Source of the DNA: an uncultured Thermoplasmata archaeon
GTDB lineage: Archaea; Thermoplasmatota; Thermoplasmata; Lutacidiplasmatales; UBA184
NCBI GenBank assembly: GCA_963715645.1
Contig: OY970259.1
Location: forward strand, 815,889 to 879,888
Direction: 5' to 3'
Length of the DNA: 64,000 nucleotides
The position numbers were made by a program, and so were the translations under genes. The notes beneath the pieces were generated by a model. The model did not search any database and was not told the DNA's origin. It worked only from the letters and a program-made list of their open reading frames with translations. Positions 51,712-62,350 of the stretch are shown here, in pieces. Position 1 is the first letter of the stretch; each line of letters starts with the position of its first letter.

Positions 51712-52607
51712 GACGCCCGCGCGGCGATGCTCTGCCATCGCTCCTCCACCTCGAGCTCCGTGAGTCCCACGGTCGGGGAGAAGATCACCCGGTCGCCCCA
51801 CCGGCCCAGGATGCCGGGGTACTCCTCGACCTTGAGCGGGAGGACGACCCCATCGGCATGGAGCTCGTCCGCGAGCGCCCCGATCGCCGCCGGCCACTCC
51901 TCCGGCAGCGCCGGGGCCGGGGCCAAACGCAGTCGCGGGTCGTACCGGGCGAGCACCTCCCGGGCGAACGGTTCTCCTCCCGGGGCGACGATCAGCCCGA
52001 CCCGGCATCCCCGTTTCATCATCAGCCAGGCCCCGAGGGCCGCTCGGCGGCCGTCGACCAGGGCCACGAGACGGCCGGCGACACCGAGCGGGAGCCCTCC
52101 GGGGCCGGCGACCCGGTCGAAGTAGAGGTAGGTCCGAGGGCCCCGGACCTCCACGAACAGTTCGACCTCGGGATGTTCGAGGTCGACACGAAGGTGGAGG
52201 TCCGCGAAACGGTCCAAGATGTCCCCTCCGAGGTCCCGCGCCAGTTCCTGGCTGGTGAACGGGTGCTGGCCCGTGCGACGCGCGCGCACCGCGAAGCTCG
52301 CCCCCGGCCGAAGGCGCGGTACCGCAAGTTCGAGCAGCCTCGTCGTAATGGCAGCGCGTTCGGTAGGGATCTCGTGGACGACGCTGACCGAGGTAACCCC
52401 GAATACCCGGGCGACGAGTCGGACCGCCGGGTCGCTCTCGTCGGCCTCGACGTACAGGTGGCCGTGGTCCGCACGGACCCGGCCGTCGAGGCCAGCCTCG
52501 ACCAGGTGATCGAGAAGGTTGCGCCGGAGGGCGCCCTCGAACTCGCGGCGGACGGGCGCCGACTTGAGCGCCAGCTCCCCGTACCGAACCAGCAGCAGCG
52601 TCGCCAT
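51708..52607 (-). CDS. ThiI-like THUMP-domain protein with degenerate PP-loop
   Basis: VRYGELALKS, FAVRARR.G.H.FTS, GPGGLPLG, AWLMMKRGC; SGGxDS replaced by DGRRA. Confidence 0.85.
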   Translation of the reverse strand: MATLLLVRYGELALKSAPVRREFEGALRRNLLDHLVEAGLDGRVRADHGHLYVEADESDPAVRLVARVFGVTSVSVVHEIPTERAAITTRLLELAVPRLRPGASFAVRARRTGQHPFTSQELARDLGGDILDRFADLHLRVDLEHPEVELFVEVRGPRTYLYFDRVAGPGGLPLGVAGRLVALVDGRRAALGAWLMMKRGCRVGLIVAPGGEPFAREVLARYDPRLRLAPAPALPEEWPAAIGALADELHADGVVLPLKVEEYPGILGRWGDRVIFSPTVGLTELEVEERWQSIAARAS

Positions 52608-52661
52608 GGAGAACCATTAAGACGAACGGCCCTGTAAAGCGGTTCCCGGACGGGTCGGCCA

Positions 52662-54450
52662 GTGTCAGCGAGCACCGAACCTCCCGACCCGGACCCTTGG
52701 CGCCCTTTCGAGGCCGATCTGCTCGCCCAGCTCTCGGCTGCGCTCGCGGCCATCGGCGCGCCTACCGAGACCGCGGTGATCCAATCGCTCTTGGACTTCG
52801 ACGGCGGACCCCAGGGGGACGCCGCGCTGCCCGTGCATCGGCTGGCGGCAGGGGCGCACGTGGCTCCCGGCGAGTTCGCGGACCAGGTGCTCGCGGCGAT
52901 CCGACCGAAAGGGAATGTCGAATCCGTCTCCGCCCAGGGTGCCTACCTCAACTTCGTCGCGGACCCCAGCCGGCTCGACCGACCGGACCTTGCGTACGAT
53001 CTTCGCGCTCGGGCCTAGCTACGGGCACCGACCGCCATCGGCCGAGTCCGCGTGCGTGGAGCACACGAGCGCGAACGCCACCGGCCCGTTCCACATCGGG
53101 CGGGTGCGTAACGCACTCATCGGAGACACGTTGGCGCGGTCGCTCCGGGCGGCGGGGACGCCGCTGACGACACAGTATTACGTCGACGACCTGGGACGCC
53201 AGGCCGCGATGATCACCTGGATCTGGGCGAAGCCGCTGGCCGAATGGCCGGACGAGATACGGGCCACGATGGAGGGCGCGTCGCCCGACGAGAAGCCCGA
53301 CCACTATCGAGGACGCCCCTATCCGGCGGTTAGCGCGTACTTGAAGTCGCACCCCGAGGCGGCGCAAGAGGTCGCCGAGCTCGTGCACGGTCTCGAGACG
53401 GGGAAAGCCCCGCCGGAGCATCGGGCGCTGGCCCAGGAGATCCTGGACGGGATGGTGGCCTCCCTCGCTCGGTTGGGCGTCTCGTTCGATGAGTTCGTCT
53501 GGGAGTCGGACCTCGTCCGGAGCGGGGCCGTCGATCATGTGCTCCAACGGCTCCAGCACGCGCCCCACGCCCGCAAAGAGGAGAATGGCGCGTGGGCTAT
53601 CGACACGGCGACGTACGGGCTGCCGAAGGAACAGACGCACGTCGTCTTCCAGCGGGGGAACGGCACCAGCCTCTACATCTCGCGCGATGTCGCCTACCAT
53701 CTCACGAAGTTCGCTCGCTTCGGGTGGGTGATTGACGTGCTGGGCCAGGACCACCAGCTTCACGCTCGCACGCTCGGCGCTCTCCTCGCGGAGATCGGTG
53801 AACCACGTCGCCCGGATTTCATCATCTACCAGGACATCACCGTGCCCGACGGTGGTCGTATGTCGACCCGAGGGGGTTCCGCCGTCTGGCTCGACCAGCT
53901 CCTCGCCGAGGCGGTCGACCGAGCTCGGAAGGAGGTGCTCGCCCGTCGCGAAGGCCTCGCGCCCGAGGAGGTCGAGCACATCGCCGAAGCGGTAGCGACC
54001 GGGGCCGTCCGCTACCACATCTTGCGGGTCGCCCCGGAGAAACCGGTCGTCTTCCGCTGGGAGGACGCGCTTTCCTTCGAGGGGAGGAGCGGTCCGTTCT
54101 GCCAGTACTCCTACGCCCGAGCGTCTAGCGTGCTCCGCAAGCCCGAAGCGGGGAGCCCGCCCTATGCCTTCGACGCGGAGCGGCTCATCGAGCCTGACGA
54201 AGCTGCGCTCGTACGGCTTATCGCACGTCTCCCTCGCACCGTGGAGCAGTCCGCCCGGCGGGCCCACGTCCACGCCATCGCGGGATACGCTCACGACGTG
54301 GCGGACCGGTTCAATCGGTTCTACCACGCGGTTCCCGTGCTTCGCTCGGGCGAGGAGAAGGCGAGCCGCGTCGCCCTCGTCGCCGCCGTCCGGCAGACGC
54401 TGGGGAACTCGCTCGACCTCCTCGGGATCCCCCGGCTCGAGACGATGTAA
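52662..54450 (+). CDS. argS: Arginine--tRNA ligase, frameshift near 52980
   Basis: EHTSANATGPFHIGR, MSTRGG, LSFEG.SGP..QY..AR, LETM*. Confidence 0.95.
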
Positions 54451-54507
54451 GGGGCGAAACGGTAATGGCCAAATAGCCCGCCCGCCTCCGACCTCACGGG
54501 GGAGCAT

Positions 54508-54951
54508 ATGGCAACTGTCAAGGCGGATTTCGTCACATTCATCAGCAAGGGGAATCTGATCCAGCTCGCCGTCGCCTTCGTCATGGGCGCGGCGTTCTCC
54601 GCGCTCGTGAACGCAATGGTCTCGGACATCTTCACGCCGCTGATCGGGATGGCGGGGAAGTTCAGCTTCTCTTCGTGGCAGCTCACCTTCAACGGGAGCT
54701 CGATCATGCAGGGAGCGTTCCTGAACTCGCTGATCAGCTTCATCACGATCGCTCTCGTGGTCTTCTTCGTCATCGCCCTCCCGTACCAGCGGTGGGCCGA
54801 CCGACAGGCCGCAAAGAAGCCGGTGGCCACTCCGACCACCCGACCTTGCCCGGAGTGCTTGTCGCAGATCCCGCTGGCCGCCCGCCGTTGTTCGTTCTGC
54901 ACTTCGGTCCTGACGCCGATGCCGGCTGGTCCCTCGGCGCCGTCGGCCTAG
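54508..54951 (+). CDS. mscL: Large-conductance mechanosensitive channel with C-terminal Zn ribbon
   Basis: F..F...GNLIQLAVAFVMG.AF, GAFLNSLISF; CPEC...CSFC tail. Confidence 0.9.
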   Translation: MATVKADFVTFISKGNLIQLAVAFVMGAAFSALVNAMVSDIFTPLIGMAGKFSFSSWQLTFNGSSIMQGAFLNSLISFITIALVVFFVIALPYQRWADRQAAKKPVATPTTRPCPECLSQIPLAARRCSFCTSVLTPMPAGPSAPSA

Positions 54952-55640
54952 CGGAGTCGCAGAAGCGGGTCCGCTACGCCCGCCCCGGCGAATCCGCGCG
55001 CCCGCAAGCGGCACGAATCGCAGGTTCCGCAAGGAGTCCGACCCCCTGCGTAGCAGCTCCAGGTGAGCGACCAGGGGACCCGCAAGCGTTCCCCCCACCG
55101 AACGATGTCGGCCTTCGATTTTCGGAGGAGCGGCGCTCGCACTCGGAGGCGAAGGGTCCCTTCCACGCCCGCCTTCGTCGCCACGCGAGCGAGCCGTTCG
55201 AACGCGCGAAGAAACGCGGGCCGGCAGTCCGGGTAGCCCGAGTAGTCGATGGCGTTGGCCCCGATGACGATCGTGTCGAGCCTATGGCTTTCGGCATATC
55301 CGAGGGCGACCGAGAGCAGGATGGTGTTCCGCGCCGGCACGTACGTGGCGGGGATCTCCCCGCTTCTACCCCGTCTCCTGCGGAGCGGCCTTCCCGGCCG
55401 GGTGAGCGCGGAGTCGAGCAGGGGGCCGACCGGCAGCGTCAGGACCACGTGGCGAGCGACGCGGTAGTGGCGGGCGAGCGCCCGGGCCGAGCGGACCTCT
55501 CGAAGGTGGCGCTGGCCGTAGGCGACCGTGAGCGCGTGCACCGGCCGCCGACCCCGGACCGCGAGGGCAAGGCAAGTGGCCGAGTCCATTCCACCCGAAA
55601 GGAGGACCACGCTGCCGCTGGGGGGTCGGCCCGCGCTCAC
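54948..55640 (-). CDS. queC: 7-cyano-7-deazaguanine synthase
   Basis: LSGGMDS, YGQRH, TYVPARN, YPDCR, TWSCY, CGTCDSC. Confidence 0.95.
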   Translation of the reverse strand: MSAGRPPSGSVVLLSGGMDSATCLALAVRGRRPVHALTVAYGQRHLREVRSARALARHYRVARHVVLTLPVGPLLDSALTRPGRPLRRRRGRSGEIPATYVPARNTILLSVALGYAESHRLDTIVIGANAIDYSGYPDCRPAFLRAFERLARVATKAGVEGTLRLRVRAPLLRKSKADIVRWGERLRVPWSLTWSCYAGGRTPCGTCDSCRLRARGFAGAGVADPLLRLR

Positions 55641-56356
55641 CCGAGCCACCCCCCGATGGAGAGAAGGCCGGCCGCGATGCCGACGGAGGCGAGCATTGCG
55701 AGGAGGTTCGTCGTCCCTTTCGTCAGATACCCCCGGTTCTCCAGGGTCTCCCCCAGCAACGAATCGACCTGGCAGCCGAGGAAGCCGGCCCCGGTCGCGA
55801 CCGCGACCAAGACCAGAATGGGGACGGTCGGCGTTCCGAACAATCCGAAGAGGAGGGCACTGACGACCCCGGTAGTCAGGGCACCCACGAACGCCCAGGA
55901 GTGACCTCGTAGGGAGACCCCTCCGTTGGTCCCCGGGGGGACCGGTCGGAGCGTGAGGATGCTCCGCGCCCGCCCGGAGAGCACGCCGAGCTCGCTGGCG
56001 AAGGTGTCCGCGGCCCCGAAGGCGAGCGCGCTCGCGTAGAGGACGGTCCCGGGAGGGAAGAAGGGAGGCACGACGAAGATCGCCACGGCGAGGCCCGTCG
56101 GGACGAGGATATGTGCTAGGACGTTCGATACCCCACGCTCTCCGGCGGCCCCCTCCTGAAGGTTCTTCCGGCTCTTCTCCTCGATGCGGAAGCGCGTCGC
56201 GAGCACGCTCGCCACCACGAACAGAATGAGAAGCGCGAGGAACGGGTACCCGGCGGTCAGGACGATCACGATCCCAAAGGCGGCCGCGACCGCCCCGGCG
56301 ACCGCCGTCAGCGCCCGGGCCAGGATGGCCCCGAGGGCAAGGGCGACCGTGACCAT
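55637..56356 (-). CDS. DUF92/TMEM19 family membrane protein (start approximate)
   Basis: RGVSNVLAH, ADTFASELG, PGTNGGVS, DSLLGETLE. Confidence 0.88.
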   Translation of the reverse strand: MVTVALALGAILARALTAVAGAVAAAFGIVIVLTAGYPFLALLILFVVASVLATRFRIEEKSRKNLQEGAAGERGVSNVLAHILVPTGLAVAIFVVPPFFPPGTVLYASALAFGAADTFASELGVLSGRARSILTLRPVPPGTNGGVSLRGHSWAFVGALTTGVVSALLFGLFGTPTVPILVLVAVATGAGFLGCQVDSLLGETLENRGYLTKGTTNLLAMLASVGIAAGLLSIGGWLG

Positions 56357-56454
56357 CGCCGCGACGAGCCCCGGCAGTAAGGAAGGCAACAAGACGAACC
56401 GCGAGCCCGAGAGGATAGGGCGCTTAACCCTTCCCGAAGGCCCCGCTGCCCCGC

Positions 56455-57036
56455 TCAGCCGCGGGCGAGGACGCGGAGGACGGCCAGGGGGAACCGGCTC
56501 GCCTCGATCGACGGGGCGATCTCCCCCCGAGCCACTTCGGCCCGCATCGGCTCCTCGTGGCCGGGCGGGACCACGAGGGCGGTCAGGAGACCGAGGTGGT
56601 TCCCGGCCCGAACATCGAGCATGCGGTCCCCGACGATGGCGCTCGTCGAGAGCTCGAGGTGGTGGTCGCGCACCGCCCGTTCGAACAGAGCGGTCCGGGG
56701 CTTGCGGCAATCGCAGCCGCTCTCGGGGACGTGCGGGCAGTAGTAGAACGCGTCGATGTGGGCCCGGTGGGGCCGGAGCAGGGCGTTCAACCGAGCGTGG
56801 ATCGCCTCCACGTCGGCGGTGGTGTAGAACCCCCGCTCGATACCGGACTGATTGGTTACGCAAATGATGCGATAGCCGTGGTCGTGCGCGAGGGAGAGCG
56901 CTTCCCCGACCCCGCGGTACAATTCGACCCGTTCGGCCTCGCGCAGATAATGGAGGTCGGGGTTCAGGGTCCCGTCCCGGTCCACAAACAGCGCACGGGC
57001 GGTCCTGGCAAGGGGCTCGCCCGGACCCTCTGGCAT
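56455..57036 (-). CDS. HAD-IIIA phosphatase (GmhB/HisB-N family)
   Basis: DRDGTLN, TNQSGI, CPH....CDCRKP, GDR..D. Confidence 0.9.
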   Translation of the reverse strand: MPEGPGEPLARTARALFVDRDGTLNPDLHYLREAERVELYRGVGEALSLAHDHGYRIICVTNQSGIERGFYTTADVEAIHARLNALLRPHRAHIDAFYYCPHVPESGCDCRKPRTALFERAVRDHHLELSTSAIVGDRMLDVRAGNHLGLLTALVVPPGHEEPMRAEVARGEIAPSIEASRFPLAVLRVLARG

Positions 57037-57061
57037 GGTTCCGGATACCCGGTCAGTCCTT

Positions 57062-57859
57062 ATGGGGGCATCGGCGCCTGCGCGGTCCGGGCCGGAGACC
57101 GTGGAGCCGACGGAGGAGAGCTGGGGAGCAACGCTCGCCCAGCTGGACGCCCCGTTCGACTCTGCCCTCGCCCGGCTCCCCGACGCGGATCCGGTCGTGG
57201 TCCTCTTCTCCGGCGGGCTCGACTCGGGGGTGCTCGCCTGGGAGCTCCGGGAGCGTGCCGGAACGAAGCTGACGACGTTCGGGCTGACCGAGAGCGCGGA
57301 TGTGGCGGCGGCCCGGCAGGGAGCCGAGCGCATCCAGCTCCCGTGGTTCGCGTCGACCGCCTCGCCGGAGGAGGTGGAGCGGATGTCGCGCATCGTGGAG
57401 GCGTGGGTAGGCCCGCTCACGTCCACCGAGCGCTCGATCGAGACCGCGTTCGCGCTCGCGACCGAGCGAGCGCCTCCCGGGACGCTCGTCTGCGGGCAGG
57501 GAGTCGACGAGCTCTTCTTCGGGTATGCCCACTTTCGAACGCTCGCCGTAGACGATGCAATCCGACGCGGTGAGACCGACCTCGCCTCGCTGTTGGGCCG
57601 GGGGTGGCCGAGGGAGCAGGAGGTCGCCCGACGTCTCGGGCGGTCGGTCCACGCGCCGTTCCTCGACCGCGATTTCCTTCGGGCGGCAAGGTCGATCCCC
57701 TCCGAGGACCGGCTCGCCGGCGATCCGCCCAAGGCGATGTTTCGTGCGTGGGCGCGGCACCGAGGCGTCCCCGAGGAGATCGTGCGGCGCCCGAAGAAAG
57801 CGATCCAGTACGGGAGCGGGGTGGACCGGTTACTCCGGAGACGTTCTCCGAAACCATAA
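57062..57859 (+). CDS. Asparagine synthase C-terminal (synthetase) domain-only protein
   Basis: FSGGLDS, GQGVDELFFGY, PFLD, RPKKAIQYGSG; no glutaminase domain. Confidence 0.85.
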   Translation: MGASAPARSGPETVEPTEESWGATLAQLDAPFDSALARLPDADPVVVLFSGGLDSGVLAWELRERAGTKLTTFGLTESADVAAARQGAERIQLPWFASTASPEEVERMSRIVEAWVGPLTSTERSIETAFALATERAPPGTLVCGQGVDELFFGYAHFRTLAVDDAIRRGETDLASLLGRGWPREQEVARRLGRSVHAPFLDRDFLRAARSIPSEDRLAGDPPKAMFRAWARHRGVPEEIVRRPKKAIQYGSGVDRLLRRRSPKP

Positions 57860-57919
57860 GACCACCCCCACCCAGGGCTCCCCGCAAAGGACTATATTCG
57901 CGGTCCCGGCTCCCCGGGC

Positions 57920-59289
57920 GTGACGAGCGACGCTGGCTCGCTGTTCTGCCCGCTCGAGTTCCGATATGGACGAGCGGAGGTCCGGGGACTTTTCTCCCGC
58001 GAGGCCCAGCTGGGCCGCGCCCTCCGGGTGGAGGCCGCCCTCGCGACGACCGAGGCCGAGCTCGGAATGATCCCGCTCGCGGCCGCCCGGGAGGTCGAAG
58101 CGGCGGTCGTGGCCGGGCGGGTCCGGCTCGGAACGCGTCGACGAGCTGGAGCGGACCCTTAAGCACGACGTCATGGCGATCGCCCGCGCCCTCGCGGAGG
58201 TCTCGGGCGAGGGCGGGCGCTGGGTGCACTACGGATGCACGAGCGCCGACATCACCGACTCCGCGCTCGCGCTCGAGCTCCAGGAAAGCGCGCGGGTGCT
58301 TCGGGAGGACCTCACCGGCCTCGTCCGCGGGCTGCTCGTCTTGGCGAAGAAGCACCGGGCCACCCCCGAGGTGGGGCGAACGCACGGCCAGCACGGCGTG
58401 CCGATATCGTTCGGCTACAAGATGGCGGTCGCCGCGGCCGAGGTCATGCGGCACCGCCAGCGGCTGGACGAGCTCCTTCCGCGGCTCGCCGTTGGCAAGA
58501 TGGCGGGCGCAGTCGGCACCGGTGCGGGATTCGGGTCGAAAGCGGCCGAGGTCGAGTCCGGCGTGATGCGACGCTTGGGACTCTCGGCCGACGAGGCACC
58601 GACGCAGATCGTCGGCCGGGATCGTATCGCGGAGTTCACGAACTGGCTCGCCCTGGTCGCCGGTACGGCCGAACGCCTCGCCACCGAGGTGCGCAACCTC
58701 CAGCGGACCGAGATCGCAGAGGTCGCCGAGCCGTTCGACGAGGCGCGGCAGGTCGGGAGCTCGACGATGGCCCAGAAACGGAATCCGATGCTCTCGGAGA
58801 ACGTGACGAGTCTCGCCCGGCTCGTCCGGGCGTTCGCGCTGCCGCCGCTCGAAAACATGGTGCAGTGGCACGAGCGGGATCTCGCGAACTCGGCGAACGA
58901 GCGGGTGGTGCTCCCGCACGCGATCCTGCTCACCGACGACATCCTCACCAAGCTCGATGAGGTGTTCACGGGTCTGCGGGTCGATGTCGACCGCATGGCC
59001 GCGGAGATCGCCCGGTCCGCCGGAGGAGCGATGACCGAGAGCCTGATGCTCGCGCTCACGGCCCGCGGACTGGCTCGGTCGGAGGCTCACGAGCTCCTCC
59101 GACGCCTAACCCGGAACCCGAGCGAGGGCCCCTCTCTCGTCGAACGGGCCAAGGCGGACCCCGAGGTCCGCCGGCTCTTCGAACCGGTCGAGATCGACCG
59201 GTTGGTCGACCCCTCGAGCTACGTTCAGGCTGCGGCCGAGAAGACCGACCGGGTCGTCGCGGCTCTCGACCGGGCCCTTTCCGGATCGA
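57920..59289 (+). CDS. purB: Adenylosuccinate lyase (frameshift near 58131; stop inferred)
   Basis: PLEFRYG, KHDVMA, GRTHGQH, GSSTMAQKRNP, HERDL. Confidence 0.93.
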
Positions 59290-59558
59290 TCGAGCCGGAT
59301 CCCGCTTGGACGGTGACCATCTCCGTCCGCACACCCACTGCGGAACTCGCGGGCTGGCTCGAACAGGCGCTCCTCCCTGAGGCGTCGCGCGAGGTGCCTA
59401 GGGCCCATGCCGAGGTCCATCGCCCGGCTCCGACCCGGGTCGAGATCAGGATCCGCGCGCGGGACACCGGCTCTGTCCGGGCGGCCCTGAACACCTATCT
59501 AGGCTGGGTCCACCTCGCCCTGGCCGCCGTACCTCGCGCCCGGCCAGGGTCGACGTAG
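59285..59558 (+). CDS. pcc1: KEOPS complex subunit Pcc1 (appears fused to purB, probably by a 1-nt insertion)
   Basis: AL.PE....VP...I.I.A.D..SVRAALNTYL.W; directly upstream of pfdB. Confidence 0.8.
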
Positions 59559-59603
59559 CCCGCGCATCGAAGCCGTTATCTTCCGCCGAGAGTCGGCGCC
59601 CCC

Positions 59604-59981
59604 GTGGCGATCCCGGCGAAGCTCCAGAACGACATCAAGCAGTTTCAGCGGCTCCAGCAGGAGCTCGGGGCGGTCCAACAGCAACGACTCCAGATCGACC
59701 TCAAGGTTCGGGAGACGGGGCATACGCTGGAAGAGCTCAAGGGAATCCCTGAGGACTCGGTGGTCTACCGCCCGATCGGCGGGCTGTTGGTCAAGGCCAA
59801 GAGCCGGAAGGAGGTCGAGGACCTCCTCACCGAGGAGAAGGAGACCCTGGAGGTTCGCCTGAAGGCGGTCGAGCGCCAGGAGAACCACCTCAAGGAACGG
59901 TACACCTCGATGCAGCAGGAACTGACCCAAGCCCTCCAGGCCCAGGGCCTGGCGCAAGCGACCGACGCGCCGTCCGAATAG
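59604..59981 (+). CDS. pfdB: Prefoldin beta subunit
   Basis: QFQRLQQEL, VYRPIGGLLVK, coiled coils. Confidence 0.92.
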   Translation: MAIPAKLQNDIKQFQRLQQELGAVQQQRLQIDLKVRETGHTLEELKGIPEDSVVYRPIGGLLVKAKSRKEVEDLLTEEKETLEVRLKAVERQENHLKERYTSMQQELTQALQAQGLAQATDAPSE

Positions 59982-59990
59982 ACCTGGTGC

Positions 59991-61067
59991 CTACGCCCGG
60001 CGGTGGACGAGCCGGTCCGCTACCTCGTGCAGGAGAGGTTTCCCTCGGGACGGGATGGTCCGGCTCGCGTCGAGCCGTCGCAGCGCCCGGGTGGTCAGCG
60101 CGGCAATCCGCGTTTCCGAATACGCGAGACTCCCGGTCGCCCGGAGGACGTCGCGGGCCCGCGCAACATCCTCGGGGGTCGCGTTCGGGTTCCCGAGCAC
60201 GCGCTGGAGCCGGGCCTGGTCGGCGGAGCTCGCATCTCTCCACGCGCGCACCACCAAGAGGGTCCGCTTCCCCTCCACCAGGTCGTTCGAGCTCTTCCCG
60301 GACTCCTCGGCGTCGAACCCCGCGCCGAGCACGTCATCCCGCAGCTGGAAGGCGATCCCGAGGTCCGTGCCGACGGCCTCGAGGTCCTCGAGGCGTTCGG
60401 CTGCGCTCCCTCCCAGCACCGAGCCGATCCGCAGCGGAGAGACCACCGTATAGATCGCCGACTTGAGCCGGTGGACGTCGAGCACGTCCTGCTCCGTAAC
60501 CTGCGAGGGGGGTAGTGTGCCGTTGCGGATGTCGAGCAGCTGTCCGTAAGCCGTGAGCCGGGTCATCCGGACGTACTCGCCTAGCGCGGCGAGTCGAGCA
60601 GCCGGAGGGGCCCGGGTCTTCAGGATCGCGTCGATTGTCTGGGGCTCCTCGAGGTCGCCGAGGGTGATACCGATCCCGACCCCGTAATCCTCGCTCGAAC
60701 CTTCCTGACCCCCCGCGCGGTGGGCGGCGGCCATGGCGCGGTGCACCGTAGGGCCGCCGCGCCGCTCCTCAGAATGGTCGATGATGTCGTCGTGGATGAG
60801 CATCCAGCTCTGGAAGTGCTCGAGCGCAGCGGCCGCGGGGACCGCCGGGCGGGGGTCCCGGCCCGTCGCGATGTGGTAGCCTGTGAGGACCAGGATTGCC
60901 CGGAATCGTTTGCCCCCCCGGAGCGTGAACTCCCGGTTGATCTCCACGAAGGGCCGGACGGCCCGGGGAGCCTCCCGACGGGCCCGGGAGTAGTTCGCCC
61001 GGAGCTCGGTCTCGAGCGCCGGGAGGTATGCATAGAGCCGGGCGAGGTCCACCATCCGGCGGGGCAT
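59991..61067 (-). CDS. Polyprenyl diphosphate synthase (GGPP synthase-like)
   Basis: GGKRFR, LIHDDIID...RRG, GQLLD, FQLRDD, DLVEGKRT. Confidence 0.92.
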   Translation of the reverse strand: MPRRMVDLARLYAYLPALETELRANYSRARREAPRAVRPFVEINREFTLRGGKRFRAILVLTGYHIATGRDPRPAVPAAAALEHFQSWMLIHDDIIDHSEERRGGPTVHRAMAAAHRAGGQEGSSEDYGVGIGITLGDLEEPQTIDAILKTRAPPAARLAALGEYVRMTRLTAYGQLLDIRNGTLPPSQVTEQDVLDVHRLKSAIYTVVSPLRIGSVLGGSAAERLEDLEAVGTDLGIAFQLRDDVLGAGFDAEESGKSSNDLVEGKRTLLVVRAWRDASSADQARLQRVLGNPNATPEDVARARDVLRATGSLAYSETRIAALTTRALRRLDASRTIPSRGKPLLHEVADRLVHRRA

Positions 61068-61191
61068 TCGGCCTATTTAACAGGCCCGTCGGCGCCGGCC
61101 GGGATGGGGCGCGTTCGCGACCTCCCGGGCGGGCGACGAGGGTTTCGGGTCCACGATACGGGTATTAAGCGGGGGGGTCGATTCACCGCCG

Positions 61192-62317
61192 ATGGCGTCG
61201 TCCGCCTTCGTCCAGCTCGCGAGCGCCCTGGTCGAGGCGATGGGGCAGAAGCTCGACGCGGCGAAGCCAATCCCCGAGGGGCTGGCCCTCCGGACCGGGG
61301 ATGGCTTCCTGTACGCCTTCTTTGAGGACCCGAACCAAGTTTCCTTCGAAAGCGTCCGTAGGCTCTTCGGCGAGAGCGATGAACTCCCCGTCCACCTGGT
61401 GGTACTCACTCCCGGTCGCCTGCCGTTAGCGATCTCGGGGGAGGTCGCGCGCCGAGGCGGCACGCTCGTCGAGGGAAACCAGTTCCACGAGCTCGCCCGC
61501 CAGCTGGGGCTCGGAACCTTCCTCGGCGAAGAGCCGAGGGCCCCCAGCACTCCTCCCCGTCGACTGCTCCCGAGCGCGCAGCAGCTCGACAACATCATGG
61601 GCCGGGCCCGGACCTGGCTCGACTGGGGAGTCCCGGCCCTTGCTCTACGGTTCTATCGCCAGGCCGCGAACCTCAAACCGGAATTCCTGCCAGCACGGAC
61701 CGGCATCGGTCGTGCCCTGCTCGCGCTCGGGTTGGTCGCGGATGCGGAACGAACCTTCGACGAGGTGCTGGCGACCCGCCCGGACGACGTCGACGCCCGG
61801 CTCGGAAGGGCAGCGACGCTCGGGGCGCAGGCTCGTCCCCACGACGAGAATCGAAGTGTATCGGGCCCTGCTCGCGGAAGACCAAGCCCGGCTCGAGGTG
61901 AGGGCCCACCTAGTCGCAGCCCTGGTCGACCTCGGGGACTGGGCAGGGGCCCGCGTGGAGATCGAGGCCCTCCTCGCCGGAACTCCCGAGGATGCCCAGC
62001 TTCGATTCCTCCACGGGGTCGCGCTCGAGCGCACGGGCGAACCGGTCGATGGGGCCCGGGAGCGAGCGGAAGCCCGCACCCTCGGCCTGCCCCACGAGCG
62101 CGAGACCGCACTCTGCCAGCACCTGGGGCTGCCACCGCCTCCGAAGCCGACCGCGGAGGCCTCCCAAACAATCCCTGCCCCCGTGGCACCCCCTCGGCGG
62201 CGCACGACCGCTCCCCCGGTGGCTGCGAAGCCGGCCCGCAAGCCCGTCGCCCGATCGATCCGAACGAAGGGCGAGAAGGCCCTAGTCCACACCCGGCCCC
62301 CCCGCAAACGTAAGTAG
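61192..62317 (+). CDS. TPR protein with N-terminal degenerate Mrr-like domain, frameshift near 61850
   Basis: TPR helices (ALRFYRQAANLKPE, AERTFDEVLATRPDD, LRFLHGVAL); basic Pro-rich tail. Confidence 0.75.
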
Positions 62318-62350
62318 GCGTTCGCCGCGTCGTGCGGGCCTAGGGGTCAG

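Noticed and set aside
29033..54450. Mass pseudogenisation or programmed frameshifting suggested by split genes
   Set aside because: Breaks hit essential genes (aIF2alpha, rpl1, rpl44e, argS), are single-base, and lack shared slippery sites or accompanying nonsense decay; assembly error is more likely
58173..59558. Apparent PurB-Pcc1 fusion ORF
   Set aside because: Removing one C at 59287 (GGATCGATCGAG to GGATGATCGAG) gives a purB TGA overlapping a pcc1 ATG (ATGA), the coupling common in this window; most likely an insertion error
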